Origin: the human T2T-CHM13v2.0 reference genome, Homo sapiens
NCBI RefSeq assembly: GCF_009914755.1
Contig: NC_060928.1
Direction: 5' to 3' (one strand)
Length of the DNA: 64,000 nucleotides
The position numbers and the translations under genes were made by a program. The notes beneath the pieces are model-generated. The model did not search any database. It was not told the origin of the DNA and saw only the letters and a program-made list of their open reading frames with translations. Shown here one piece after another: positions 1 through 14,639 of the stretch; positions within the stretch are counted from its first letter, which is position 1, and each line of letters starts with the position of its first letter.

Positions 1-245
1 TAGATGAGTGAATGGGTGGATAGATGCATGGGTGAGTGGTTGGATAGATGGGTTGGTGTGTGAGTAGGTGGATGATAGCTGGGTGCATAAGAGAGTGGGT
101 TGGATGGATAGATGGGTGGGTGGGTGGGTGGATAGATGGGTAGGTGGGTGGATGGATGTATGCATGTCTGGATGGATGGATGGATGGATGGATGGATGGA
201 TGGACGGATGGATGGAAGGAATGGTGGATGGATGGACGGACAGAT
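1..245. repeat. (TGGA)n / (GGAT)n simple repeat, degenerate
   Basis: Visible tggatggatgga and tgggtggg runs. Confidence 0.95.
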
Positions 246-1289
246 TAACAGATGGACTTGAGCATTTATTCAGGGTCCTCCAAAGAATTGAGTGATTTTC
301 TAGGGTGTGTCATCACCTGCAGGTGGATGGGCAAGGGGGCTTGCCTCTGTAATACTCATGATTATGGGTAGTGCTCAGCCTTAGTCGCCACTCTCGGAAC
401 ACTTTATTGACTAGGAAAGTCAAAACTGGCATTGACAACTAGTGCAAATTACAGCTAAAACTAACAGAAGATGTTGAGTGATGACAGCTGGGCAACAAAT
501 AATCAATAATTTGGCTGTGTCATGTTGCTGCCATGCTGGACAGGTAGAGCCACGGGTTCCTTGATCCCGCCATCACATTGAGGATGCTTATCAAGACTTC
601 CCCAACCATGGGGACAGGGATCTTATCAAATACTTGCAGTTCACCCCAAAAGGCTCACCCTCTTCGTTCCACCTGCACATGACCTTCAGCTCAAAGACAT
701 TTCCAGTCCTCCAGGTCAGCCCTTCTTCCAGCCTTTGAATTAACTCTGATGACTGCCTGCCCATTAGGTGTCTTCAACTTTCATCACACAGCCTTTTCCA
801 AGGCTTTCCTTCAGTCCAGCCCTCACCAAACGTTGGAACTGTTGTTGACAAAATCCAGAACAAGCTGGCTGGGGGATACAGGTGGGAAGCAGGCTGTAGT
901 AATGCGGAAAAATTCTAAGCAATCTCGAACACATAAAAGAAACTGAACAGGTAAGAGAGAGGCACTCAAGAGAAGAAGTGTGAATTTTGCATAACTGAAG
1001 GTGAAGAAGAGCGGGGGGCATGGCAGACCACAAGATAAATATGATATAGACTCCTTTTTAAAAAAGTATAAACACCCACACTTTCCTACAGACAACTGTG
1101 CTTCAAATATTGCTAAGGTCTTTACTAAAGGCGAGTCAGAAAAACTGAGTATTTTATGCAATACAGTAAGAAGGCCCATAGGCAAGCATGTTCCTGACAC
1201 CACCTTCTAGGATAACACCTGGGATTCTGGTTACACCTGTCCTAAAGTTGTCTCTCACTCCTGCTGTTGGAGAGCTACCATGAGAGAAG

Positions 1290-1800
1290 AACCATAGTGA
1301 AGTGGTTAAGAGTGTGCACCCAGCGACCAGCCAGATGGCTTCAAACCATCACTATCTAATACCGAGCAAGTTACAGAATGTTTCTGAGCCTCAACTTTCT
1401 CATCTGTAAAATGGGTATGCCGTCATTCATTAATCAAACTCTAGGTAAGCATATACTAAGTACCAGAGACACAAATGAGAATCAGGAACAGGCATGGCCC
1501 TGGCCCTCACAGTGACCACAGTCTAGAAGGGGAAGGATGACAAGCACAGAAACAGGAAGCCATAGCTGAGCTAGTGTCTACCACACAGAGGCATCTGGTG
1601 TCATGAAAGCAGATAACAGGGGGTTGCTGTGACTGAGTCAGTGTGGCCAGGTGTCCCTGAGGATGTAGTGACTCCACTGTCAGATGAGACCGTGACCAGG
1701 TGAAGAGGCAGGGAGAGGGAAAATCTTTCCAGGAAGAAAGAGCAGGATATGCAAAGGCCCTGTGGCAGGAAAAGAGCAAAGGAAGTTCAAGAGCCTGAAA
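1290..1800. mobile_element. MIR followed by L2 fragments
   Basis: MIR core ctgagcctcaactttctcatctgtaaaatggg at ~1384; L2-like cattcattaatcaa and gcaaaggccctgtggcagga follow. Confidence 0.6.
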
Positions 1801-2113
1801 GAGGCCAGAGAGAACAAGTGAACATGTGGATAATCACAGCACCGACCTCATACAGGACTTGCAAGAAATCGAGAGACTGTCTGTAATAGATTCAGTAACG
1901 ACTAAATAGAAACTATCTCCTAAAAGCACACGATGAGGCTTCTTGGTGGTATTTCCCATGTGAGGCTGCCATGAACTCAGAGGCCAAGTTCAACCTGCCT
2001 GTAGACAACCTCCAAGCCAGCTGGACACACATACACACTCAGGCTCAGGATACCCATGACAGAGTCCTGGATGCTTGAAGTCATGATAAGTATCCAGAAT
2101 GACACAGAATTCC

Positions 2114-2417
<304 letters not shown>

Positions 2418-4689
2418 AATGACACAGACTTTGCTAAAGGGGGAGAAAAGGCTTTCTTCCAAAGCTGGGCCTGGTTTCTACAGAGAGTCTTTCAGATGAA
2501 AATTAAGCAACTCTTTGCAAGCAGCTCTTTGCAAGCACCTCAGAGGAGAACCCCTCACCCTGATGAATCAGGCACACAGGTGGATCCAAGACAATTGGCT
2601 GCGTGCATGTGAACAAGCCTATGGTGGAAATGCAGTGCTTTATTTCTTAGGGGTAGTTTAATCACCAGGAGGGAGAAGTTTCTAAAGCAGCATACAGAGG
2701 TGGCTGTTGCCTGGGTTTTCTGGAAGGGGGAGGTGGTGAGGATGAGGGCTTCCATTTCATCTGCAGGACCCTTGCAGAAGGAGCTGGGGAAAGCTTTGCA
2801 GCCATCTGCACACTGTTTGCCATCTTGTCTGGCTGGGCAGCCGAGCTCCAGATGGGGGCGGATGGGATAGCTCTTGCCACCGTATTTGGAGAGAGATGGC
2901 AGGGAAGTCAGGCCCCATGAAGAAGACAGGAGCACACAGTTGCTGGAAAGTGCTGCCTAGGCCCCTGGGGCTGAAGTGTCCAACCCCACAGTCTCTAGAT
3001 GCCACTAAAGCAGCCTGAGAGGATCTTCTCTGTCCATCTCCATCCTGGCACCTACAGACACTTGGAGACAGTCCTTCACATGGGAACTCACAAATGCATA
3101 CTGATAACCCCCACACGGAACTCTCATACGTAGCAAGTGAAAAGACAGGATGCCAGTTAAACTTGAATTTCAGATAAACAACAAATCATTTTTTAGGGTA
3201 AGCAGGTCCCAAATATTGCATGGGATATATTTGCACCAAAAAAAAAAAAAAAGCGTTAATGAGAAACTCAGGTTTAATTGGACGTCCTGTATTTTACCTG
3301 GCAAGCCTAACCCTGCATAAACACAACCTTGAGCTTGAAACTCAGAGAAGCCACGGCCGTGCTCACACACGTGCACAAACCCATATGCCTTACAGAGTCA
3401 AGGGCTGTGATAAGGGGGTCCCCACCCTTGCACACTTCCCTGTCCTCTGTCTGGGCTCAGAGTGAACAGGGGGTCACCTGGCATCCACGTCTAAGCTGGG
3501 CTTGGAGGTGTCCTAATGAAGCAGGATGCTGACCTGCACTTCCCCAGCTCAGCGGGGGCTGCAGCCAGGCCTAGCTTCCAGTCTCGGGCCTAGAACACAC
3601 AGCACAGCCCCAGACCTTGGCAAGAAGCCTTCATCTCAAGGGCCACTGGTCCAGGACCTATTAGAAGCCCCACTTCTTCCCTCTGTTTCTGCTGCCATTG
3701 CCCCATCTCTGACCCTGCCACTCAATCACTCTATAAACACAGCAGGTACTAGGGGTGGCTCTGGGCTCGGCACTAAAGACATTGCCCCTGGTAAAGCCAC
3801 AGTCTAGCAATGACAGTCAACCACGTATCAGCAACAGCCCTGCCCCACACGTGCTGACTGCGCACAAGGCCGGCGCTGTGAACGTGCTCTCAACAGTGAT
3901 CTCACTGAACCCTCATGGCAGCTCTAGGATGCAGACAGTAGCATCACATTATCTCCATTTTACTTTCGAGGAAACTGAGGCCTGAAGAAGGCAAATGCAG
4001 GCCTCGAGATTTGCAGTAACATTGCCAGGAATGTTTGAGAAAGCAAACTTCTCCAGAGTGAGGCAGTCTGCCAGAGCTCAGAAGCCAGAGTCCCTGTTAG
4101 CAGGGGGCTGGGGGGACTGTGGGGTGGGGGCAGACAAGCAGGTAGGGGCTGGACCCCCCAGGACACCAGGGTGCAGACTGGTGTGAGTAAAAGAAAGAGA
4201 GGCGGTCGTGCCATCATCTGCAGAAGATGATGTCTACAGAGGACAGTACCATGTGAGCCCTTGGGGAGCCGGATGACTGGATGGAATTTTGCACAGGATG
4301 CAAATTAAGCACAGATCCCCCTCTGACCTAGACAGCCCACCTCCAGGAACATCTCACAGAAATGCAGGCACAGAGCACCAAGTGATGTGTGCGAGGAAAT
4401 TCATCAGAACACCGTCTGTGATTGGGAAAAGGCGGAAACCATCCAAAGACGTATGGGTGCAGGGCTGGTTAAACGAAGCGTGGTGCATCCACACGTCAGA
4501 ATAACTGCTGGGAGAAGAAGGTGGTACCCAGGTTCCAACGTGAGACAATGTCAAATACATGCTGCCTGAAAAGCAGGCTTTCCAAAGAATAAATAGAGCA
4601 TTATTCATTTTTTTTAAAAAAAGGTTACAATAAACACTTATGTGCAAATACATGTGCTTGCGTGCACAGAGGAAAAAGGTGTGGACAGG

Positions 4690-4970
4690 AACAGAAAACC
4701 AAACTCTGCATGTTCTCACTCATAAGTGGGAGTTGAACAATGAGAACACATGGACACAGGGAGGGGAACAACATATACCAGGGCCCCTTGGGGGTGGGGG
4801 ACAAGGGGAGGGAGAGTGTTAGGACAAATACCTAATGCATGCGGGGCTTAAAACCTAGATGACGGGTTGATAGGTGCAGCAAACCACCATGGCACATGTA
4901 TATCTATGTAACAAACCTGCACACTCTGCACTTGTATCCCAGAACTTAAAAAATAAAAATAAAAGAAAAA
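4690..4970 (+). mobile_element. L1PA 3' end, 5'-truncated
   Basis: catgttctcactcataagtgggagttgaacaatgagaacacatggacacagg ... cttgtatcccagaacttaaa plus A tail; flanks gaaaaaggtgtgga and gaaaaagatgtgga look like a TSD. Confidence 0.9.
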
Positions 4971-5072
4971 GATGTGGAGAGGTATACCCCCACCCTCCCC
5001 AGTGTTACCTCTCAGAAGCAAGATCAAGAAAAGCAAATCAAGAGGAAGTTTTGTGTTTTGTTTTCTATATAA

Positions 5073-5391
5073 TTTTTTTATTTTTGAAACATAGTCTAGC
5101 TCTATTTTGCAGGCTGGAGTCCAGGGACACAATCTCGGCTCATTGCAACCTCCTCCTCACTGCAACCTGCTCCTCACTGCAACCTGCTCCTTCTGGGTTC
5201 CAGTGATTCTCTTGCATCAGCCTCCCAAATAACTAGGATTACAGGCCCGCGCCACCAAGCCCGGCTAACTTTTGTATTTTTTGTAGAGACAGGGTTTCAC
5301 TATTTTGGCCAAGCTGTTTTCAAACTCCTGACCCGCCCGCCTTGGCCTCCAAAAGTGCTGGGATTACAGGTGTGAGCCACCATGCCTGGCC
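5073..5391 (-). mobile_element. Alu with an internal 17-bp triplication
   Basis: Reverse Alu consensus. Confidence 0.9.
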
Positions 5392-6005
5392 TGCATTGCT
5401 TGAATTCTCAGACCACATAGACCCTCTCATCTGGCCCAATTGCAAGAGTCCAAGGCAGGAAAGGAAGAAGGCAGGGACTTACCCCTCCATCAGGACAAAA
5501 TAGAACAGAGTCAAAAAAGAAAAACATGAATGGATCAGTCAAGAGGGCTGTGCACGTGCCCTCCCAGGCACCTACACCTTGCAACTTCAGCCGACAAGCT
5601 TTCAAGCCACAGAGTCCTCCTCCCCAGAGACTAGCAAGGACACAAGCCCTGGCCAGGCCCCTCCAGGAGGATGGTCTGAGGGATAAGGTGGGGTGCAGAG
5701 TCAGGGGTGGCAGGAGGAAAGGGGGACACAAAGCCAAGAAAACCAGGGCACCTCATGCTTCCTGAAGGCCCCCAGAACAGGGCGCTACACAAAGCCCCTC
5801 TGTATCTGTTTCTATAACAGCCCGAACACAAGGAAAAGGAAAACAAGGAAAATGCACAAAGCCCAGCCTCACCTGGAGCGGGTTAAATAAAGGTCTTTGT
5901 CTTCATGTCCTTTGGAATTGGAAATCCAAGCTTCTTCTTCTGTGCCTTTAAGGTCCGGGCTGCTGCCCCACAGCTCCCTTCTCTTCCCTCCTCCTCTTGT
6001 CCTGA

Positions 6006-6725
<720 letters not shown>

Positions 6726-7289
6726 TAAATGCATCATCTGGTTATTAGCATGAACTTTTGAGGCAGACACTTAAATATGCATGCCTAGACATTATAAAAC
6801 TTGGGGGAAATGTTAATTTCAATAACGCCAGTTCTCATGCTTGCAGAAACCATTCTTTTATCTCCCTTCCTGGTAAGTTGGGGGCTCCATCCCTCAGAGT
6901 GGCAGTGCCAAGACAGCTGGCCTCACTGGGTTTTGTAAGCTGTGCAAGGTGAGATCCCAAGCCCTGGCCTGGAGACCCATCTAGGAAAATGTTAGAACAG
7001 GGCAAGAAGTGGCCATTTCCTCCCTCCTTTCTCTTCCCCATACAAAAATCAGAAAGCACCCTAGCCCAGTGCCCAGCCACAGTGGTGAGGAAACCCCACT
7101 CAAAATCCTGGGTTGTGCCCCTGATACCAAAGACCTGCAAAACTGGGACTCGCCTGCTGCAACCCAAGCCCAGACTTGTGTACATTTCAAGGGTGGCTGG
7201 ACTCATGGCCGCCTGGGACGTCAGGTTGGTACAAAGTCCTCTTAACCTAAGAATGTCAGGGTACAAGGATCAGCATTTTCTTTCCTTTC

Positions 7290-7490
7290 TCTTGAGGGCC
7301 AGATGGTAAATAATTCAGCTTTGCAGGCCATAGGTCTCTGTCCCAACTATTCAACTCTCCATTGTAGCAGGAAAGCAGCCACAGACAATATGCACTGAAA
7401 TGGGTGTGGCTGTGTTCCAATAAAACTTTATTTGTATGAACAGGCAGGGGGCTGGTTCTGGCCTGGGGGCTACAGCCTGCCTCCTCTGCT
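7290..7490. mobile_element. MER58-like hAT DNA transposon
   Basis: gggccagatggtaaata...gctttgcaggccata...aactctccattgtagc...gctgtgttccaataaaactttattt matches the recalled MER58A consensus. Confidence 0.75.
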
Positions 7491-7884
7491 ACAGCTTGAT
7501 CTCCAAGGACCGATCCATCTTGTAGACCAGCAGCTGGCACACAGGAGCTGCTCAGATACTTGAAGGAGGAATGGAGAAGGCAAGCAGCCCCCAGTGTGCA
7601 GACGTGAGGGTCTCCCAGCAGCACCATCCTTTGCCATCTCATGCCGAGGGACAAAGCCAGAGCAGGGCCCTCCACCAAGGCTGGGTTCTCCTCCAAGGAA
7701 ATGTGATAACAAGACAGAAAGCATCGTGGAAGGATAGGGGCTTTGGAGTCCCACAAACCACAGTTTGCAAGACCAGGAGCATCCTGCACTTCCTTGCACA
7801 CATCCTGGGTGGGTGCTGGAGCATCTAGACTTAGAGTGAATCTTTTCCCCCTCCTCCCCCAACTGGCCTCCATTACACTTCCAG

Positions 7885-8705
7885 CAACAATGTGGTGTAT
7901 GTACACAATGGAATACTATTCAGCCTTCAAAGAGAAGGAAATCCTGCCATTTGAGACCACATGGATGAGCCTGGAGGATATTATGTTAAGTGAAATAGGC
8001 CAGGCACAGAACGACAAATACCACATGATCTCACTTATATGTGGAATCTAAAAAAGTTGAACTCGGCCAGGCATGGTGGCTCATGCCTGTAATCCCAGCA
8101 CTTTGGGAGGCTGAGGCCGGCAGATTGCTTGAGTCCAGGAGTTCGAGACCAGCCTGCATAACATAGCAAGACCCCATCTCTACATAAAAATACAAAAATT
8201 AGTGCAGCGTGGTGGTGCATGCCTGTACTCCCAGATACTCAGGAGGCCGAGGTAGAAGGATTGATTGAGCTTGGGAGGTCAAGGCTGCAGTGAGCCAAGA
8301 TCACACCCCTGCACTACAGCCTGGGCAATAGAATGAGATTGTCTCAAAAAAAAAAAAAAAAAAAAAAAAGAAAAAGAAAAGAAAAAAGTTGAATTCACAG
8401 AAGCAGAGTAGAATGATGGTTGCCAGGGTGGGGAAGTGGGCAGATGCCAAAGGACACAGAATGTCATTTAGAAGAATAAGTTCAGGAGATCCATGGGACA
8501 ACATGGTACCTACAGTTAATAACAACATATCATACACTTGGAAATCACTGGAGTAGATTTTTTAAGTGTTCTCACCACAAAAAAATAAGTCTGGGAGGTG
8601 ATATGTTATTTAGCTTGATTTAGCCATTTCGTAATGTATACATACTTCAATCACATCATGTTATATACCCTCTTGTACATAATTTTTGTCAATTCAATAA
8701 ATTCA
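7885..8705 (+). mobile_element. L1M (L1MA/MB-type) 3' end interrupted by an Alu
   Basis: atggaatactattcagcc...gaggatattatgttaagtgaaataggccaggcacag; L1 resumes after the Alu at ~8390. Confidence 0.85.
8065..8387 (+). mobile_element. AluJ-like, TSD AAAAAGTTGAA
   Basis: Alu dimer; aaaaagttgaa on both sides. Confidence 0.9.
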
Positions 8706-8772
8706 ACAACTCCAAAAAACATGACATTCTCTTTACAAAAATAATTAAAAATAAAATTCAGAATTCTATTGT

Positions 8773-9073
8773 ATTTATTTATTTATTTTTGAAACAGAGT
8801 CTCGCTCTGTCACCCAGGCTGGCTGAAGTGCAGTGGTGCGATCTCAGCTGACTGCAACCTCTCTCTCCCAGTTTGAAACGATTCTCCTGCCGCAGCCTCC
8901 CAAGTAGCTGGGATTAGAGGTGTGTGCCATCACACCTGGCTAATTTCTGTATTTTTAGTAGAGACAGTTTCGCCATGTTGGCCAGGCTGGTCTCGAACTC
9001 CTGACCTTAGGTGATCTTCCAGCCTCGACCTGCCAAAGTGCTGGGATTACAAGTGTGAGCCACTGTGCCTGGA
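8773..9073 (-). mobile_element. AluS
   Basis: Reverse Alu consensus. Confidence 0.9.
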
Positions 9074-9304
9074 CAGAATATAAAAGATTGTTTAATTCAA
9101 CTAAAACATTAAAACATAGATTATTTCTATAAGTGGTAATTGTTATAGCATGTTTTGGTCAAAATAGTCTCCTTACCCATCCACAATTAAATGGTTAATT
9201 GACATCTGATTGGATTTTGATAAAGTTTTCAAATCATGACTGACTTTTCCAATGTACAGTAAAATGTGTTTGAAAATATTTCATAAAAATTAATATTTAA
9301 AAAT

Positions 9305-9512
9305 GGTCAGGCATGGTGGCTCATGCCTGTAATCCCAGCACTTTGGGAGGCCAAGGTGGGCCGATCACTTGAGGTCAGGAGTTTCAGACTAGCCTGGCCA
9401 AACCTCATCTCTACTAAAAATACGAAAGTTAGTCGGGCATGGTGGCATGCACCTGCATTCCCAGCTACTTGGGAGGCTGAGGCAGGAGAATTGCTTGAAC
9501 CTGGGAGGTGGG
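9305..9512 (+). mobile_element. Alu, 3'-truncated
   Basis: Alu consensus ends abruptly at gaacctgggaggtgg. Confidence 0.85.
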
Positions 9513-10850
9513 TTCCCCAGGCTTAGAGCAAAACCCCCATCCTGTCTGTCTCCACTCTCATCCCAGGCAATCGCAGTCATTTCCATAGCCTCAACCACTG
9601 TCTACCCGGGATGCCTCCCAAGACAGGGTCTCCAGCCCAAACTTGGCTTCCTAGCCCCAGACCCATCTGTCCTGGCACACGTTGCCCCCTGGGTCCCAAG
9701 CAACCTCAGCCAATGAGTCCAACGTCAACTTCCTATCCTTGCCTGACACTGTCAGCCCTGAGATCAGACTTGACCATTCACCTCCAGTACCTGATAGGTC
9801 CATCAGTCCTTTGGAACATATCCCACGAACATTCCCCAAACCAGGCACCGGACTCTACACATCAACATCGTCATGTGAGTCAACAGCATCACTGGCAGGG
9901 ACCACTGACCCAGCCTCCAACTCATCTCCTTCCTGTCCCTTGAGTTCTGTGTCACATTCTAGAGGCCACAAGAAGAAAAATGACCACCTTAATGAAATTA
10001 AAAGAATTGAGAAGACATTTCCCTATGGTCCAAAGTCTTTCCAACTGAGAAACACATATCAAGATCCAGCCTGCCAGCCCTGAGGTTAAATGTTCCTGAA
10101 ATAATTAAAGCCCAGGGCAACACAGCCCCCACTCCACAAGTACTCCCAGCACAGTAAGACTTGCTTCTCTGGAGGGGCTTGAAATGTCCAGTGCATACCC
10201 TGCCCCTCTCTGTCGTAGCTAACAGGAATGTGCTCCGTGTCTTCTTCCTGTTCAAAGGACCGTCCACCAACCTGCGCAGGCAGCACTTTCGGCTGGGCGG
10301 GGATGCGAGAACTTCCCACCATTTCCCACTTATGCACTGCATTCCTCAGGAGACTGCCTCACAAATTACAAGAGCGCCACGGCAGACACACCACGTTCCA
10401 GCGGGTGGCCATGTCTTCATGTCAGCTTGAAAGATCATCGCCAGGGAAATATCTATATCTCGGCAGAGAGAGCTTCAGCCTGTGTAGTCCAGCTGTGCTC
10501 AAATGGAAATCCAGAAACCCAGATGTTGGTCCAAACACCCTGTCTTGGACAGCTGGCTCTTCATGTCCCCAGCATGGGAGTGAACTGGGTGGCCACCTGC
10601 CCTGCCTGCCCACATCCCTGCTTCCTGGAATCCTGGACACTGAGAACCAGGGGGATGTGGTGGGGAACAGGCAAGTCTTGTGCAGAAAGCCAAGATGCCA
10701 CCCAAATCCACTCTGCAGTCTAGGTGGGTGATATTCTGGTCTGCACCACACCAGTGCATGAGGGGATGCAGGATGGAGTCTAGACAAGCCAAATGTAAAA
10801 AGATATTGCCCAAGTATTTTGTGCTTTGTCTGTGTTACAATGCTATGCCC

Positions 10851-11146
10851 AGCCCAGCGTGGTGGCTCACACCTGTGTTCTCAGCACCTTGGGAGGCCGA
10901 GGCAGGCGGATCACCTTAGGTCAGGAGTTTGAGATCAGCCTGGCCAATGTGGTGAAACCCCATCTCTACTAAGAATACAAAAATTAGCCGGGTGTGGTGG
11001 TGGGCACCTGTAATCCCAGCTACTCGGGAGGCTGAGGCAGGAGAATCACTTCAGCCCAGGAGGTGGAGGTTGCAGTGAGCGGAGATCTTGCCACTGCACT
11101 CCAGCCTGGGCAACAGAGTAAGACTCTGTCTTAAAAAAAAAAAAAA
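10851..11146 (+). mobile_element. AluS, TSD AATGCTATGCCC
   Basis: Alu dimer; aatgctatgccc at 10839 and ~11145. Confidence 0.95.
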
Positions 11147-11169
11147 TGCTATGCCCAGCATTTTTCATG

Positions 11170-11595
11170 TACTGTCTTATTATCTCAGTAAATCCCATAT
11201 AATCTTCCTATGAAAGTGTATCTCATTTATCTCCATTTTATAGATGAGAAACCTGAGGCCCCTGGAGTAGTATTAATTTTCCAAGACTGCATTGCTGATA
11301 AAGGGTATAGCAGGGACCTAAGCTCGACACTCTCACCCTCAAACATTTCCACAAGTGTAGACCAATGGCTCTCAACTGGGGTGGTTTTGCTCACGTACCA
11401 CTCCCTTGCTCCATGGCATTTGAAACCGTCTGGAGACATCTGGGGTAGCCATAGCTGGGAGGGTAGAATGGCACCTAGAGGATGGAGACCAGAGATGCTG
11501 CTAACCATCCTACAAAACACGGGACGGCCCCACCACCAGCACCACGAATGGTCTGACCCCAAGTGTTGTGACTGTGGCAAAGCTGAGAAACCCAG
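11170..11595. mobile_element. MIR followed by MER20-like DNA transposon
   Basis: ccattttatagatgagaaacctgaggc (MIR); caatggctctcaactgggg...gatgctgctaaccatcctaca...ctgagaaaccc (MER20). Confidence 0.65.
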
Positions 11596-12914
11596 GTTTC
11601 TCCTCAGCAAGAAGGAAAATCCCTGCAACGTTGATGCACCTCTACAGGAGCCCCAGGCTGACAATAACCTTCCTCATCTGGTTTCAACCCTGGATGCTTT
11701 TACCTGGTGCGTCCATCAGGGATTTCAGGGACTCCAACGAATTATTACCCTTGAATGCTCGGTTCAGCCTGACAACCCAGAAATCTCTGCCGAGGTGCCT
11801 GGTCTTGAGGAAGGCTCAGCAAGTGGTTGAGGTTGATAACCAAATACCTAGGAGGGACTTTTCTCTCCCTCCAGGAGGAGCTGTGGGTCAGACACCCTGG
11901 GATCATTCACAAGGGGTCAATAAAGGCTTGGGGAGGGCCAAGTTTTCTAGGCCTTCTCAGAGGGGCGGGTGTTTATGGATACACAAGAAGCCTGTGAAAC
12001 TTCTGATATTGGCAGGAAACCAATGCCCCCCACCCTCCACCCCCAAAACGTCCCCACCATAAACACTTGCCCTGCAGCAGGACTTGGCACTCAGGGGCTC
12101 CTGGGGGCCCGATTTATCTGCTAAAACATCCTCTAGCCACCAACGAATAAAGCAACCCCTTGCCACCCAACCACAAGAGCACAGCCTGGGAGCCACTCCA
12201 AGGGACATCCAGTCACATTAAAACCTCAGCCATCCAGAGCACCAGGCCTGGTGATGAGAAAGAACATTTTATCCTTAAAAGCATCTGAATGCCCATGCTG
12301 CTTCTTGCAGAGAACAGTCCAAAATAATCTGCTATTAAAGAACGAGGATGGTTTTGACATTTTTACCAAGCTAATGGTCTACGCAGACAAAATCTCATAA
12401 AAGGGCACTCTGTTCTTCTTGATCCACTCAGACATGGCCTGTGAGTGAAGAAATGGGCTCTCTTCCTCAAAGAAATCACTGCTGATCCTCGTACCAGCCT
12501 GACACTGCTTCATGGGTTCTTCAAACAGAGTATTCCCATAGAAACTAAAAAGGAAGAGGAATGTGTCTGGCGGGCATTGTGGGCAGCAGTGGGCTTTGGG
12601 CCAAATTTTAAGTTTGAAAACCAAGATTCCCTCTTTTCGAGGGGCCGCCGGACTGAGCAGATACAGACACCGTGAAAAGAGGGTGCCATGTTCAGATTCA
12701 GGAAACAAGGATGGTTTCTGTTCAGTTCCTCCATCATCCTTCAGGTCATGCGATTCCCATTTCCCTCTGTGGACCAAACAATTCAGTGGGGTTTCTGCCT
12801 TTTAAATATTTCGTTATCAACATATCATCCTTTTAGCCTCCAGAAGCATTTTAACATGGAGATTCTGGCTTAAGACTCTTGTGGGTCTGTCTCTCTCTCT
12901 CTCTCTCTCTTTTC

Positions 12915-13204
12915 CTTGAAACAGCGTCTTACTTTGTCACCCAGGCTGGAGGGCAGTGGCATGATCACAGCTCACTGCAGCCCGACTTTCCAGGCTCTAG
13001 CAATCCTCCCACCTCAGCCTCCAAAGTACTTGGGACTACAGGTACACACCACCATACCAGGCTTTTTTTTTTTTTTTTTTTTTTTGGTAGATATGAGGCT
13101 TCACCTCGTTGCCCAGGCTGGTCTTAAACTCCTGGGCTCAAGCGATCCCCGCCTTCCCCCTCTCAAAGTGCTGGGATTATTTGCTTGAGCCACCACGCCC
13201 GGCC
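12915..13204 (-). mobile_element. AluJ
   Basis: Reverse Alu with AluJ-type cctgggctcaagcgatcc. Confidence 0.9.
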
Positions 13205-14639
13205 AAGGACCTTGTCTCTTGTGATGCACCCCAGAACAAAACATCACTGCAAAAACACACCAAGGCATGAGTTTCAGTCCTAAGTCCCATTTATCCACCA
13301 TACACTATGTGCCAGGCACAACGCTAAGTGCTTCTATGGACGAGCTTCCCTTAATCTCAGCAGTAACAACCCCAGGCAATGGGGCCTGTTGACCGATCCA
13401 TTTGCCACTGAAGAGAGTAAGGCTCAGAGAGGGTAATTGGCTTGTGCCATGTCAGCCAGCTAAGGAGGGGCAGAACCAGGACGCGAACCCCAGACACCTG
13501 GCTCCAGACTCGCGTTCCCAAGGTCCCACTACCCTTTGTCAATCCACTGCATTCTAGTATCCTGGTCTTTGGCAGAGTCCACGTAAAAGAATGAGGTAGA
13601 GGGAGTGAGAGGTACTTCACGCAATAAAGTTTCCTGGTGTTACACTGCCACCGTAATTGTGTCCCCGACCAGGACCTCTCCCTTCTCATCCTTTCCGTGA
13701 TAGGCCCTAGAAAACCTTCCAGAGAACTGTCCTCCTTCTCCCGGGATCTCAGAGAAAATTCACCTGAGTTCAGTGTCCAGGTGACCCAAGCTCTGAATGC
13801 AGTAACGTGCACGGGGAGATGAGGATGTCACCATGAGCAACCCCAAGACTGGGCAGGGGGGGCTCTGATGCAGCCCACGGCGAGGAGGGCTGCCCGTGCT
13901 GCCTAAATGGGTTCAGAAAGAAAGCCGCCCTCTCGCCCATGTGGGGTTCATTAACCACGAATCCAATTATTCGGACAAGCTCAGCTAAGTAAATGGTCAA
14001 ACATAAAAACATATGGAAGGAAAAAAGAAGTCAACCCCATTATCCATCAAAAACCATCAAGGTGGCGGCCCTCACTGAGGGGTACAGCTCTCCAGCGGGC
14101 CCTCATCTGCCCTCCAAACCCACGTGCCTCCCCAGTGGAAGGCCAGCAAAACCACGCTGGAAGAGTTGGGGTAGGAAAGCAGAAAGAGAACCCCAGGAGG
14201 CCAGGCTGGCCACGGAGCCCCATCCCACACACACAGGCCCGGTGGCTCAGGGGCCCAGGTGTGCAGGACACCGGGAGCTCATAGGGACAGCGCCCCGCGG
14301 GATGCAAGGAACTATGCCTCTCTGGCCCTCTCTGTAGGGATGGAAAGAGAAGAGCGATTTCTGGGATGGAAGCCATCTGCCTCCTCTCAACTCTCGCTGC
14401 CCAACCAGAAAGGGAAGAAAAACAGGAAGATGCGGGACAGGTGAGGAGCTGGGTGAGCGCCGCCAGCCCGCAGCCCAGCAGAGCAGGGCTTGGCCAAGCC
14501 TGGCGCCAGGGACTTCCCCCCTGCCCCCACCACAGGCCCCTCGCCAGGTGAGAGGCACCGACAGAGTCCCAGACAGATGCCCCAGACAGGATGCCCAGGG
14601 CAACCCCCGCCCCTTCCCCTGCTGGGGGCCCCCAGGACG

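Noticed and set aside
68-295. MDGW-repeat ORF
   Set aside because: Translation of the (TGGA)n microsatellite.
12379-12777. 132-aa ORF ending MSEWIKKNRVPFYEILSA
   Set aside because: No recognisable homolog; it spans a likely splice acceptor and is out of frame with the upstream exon.
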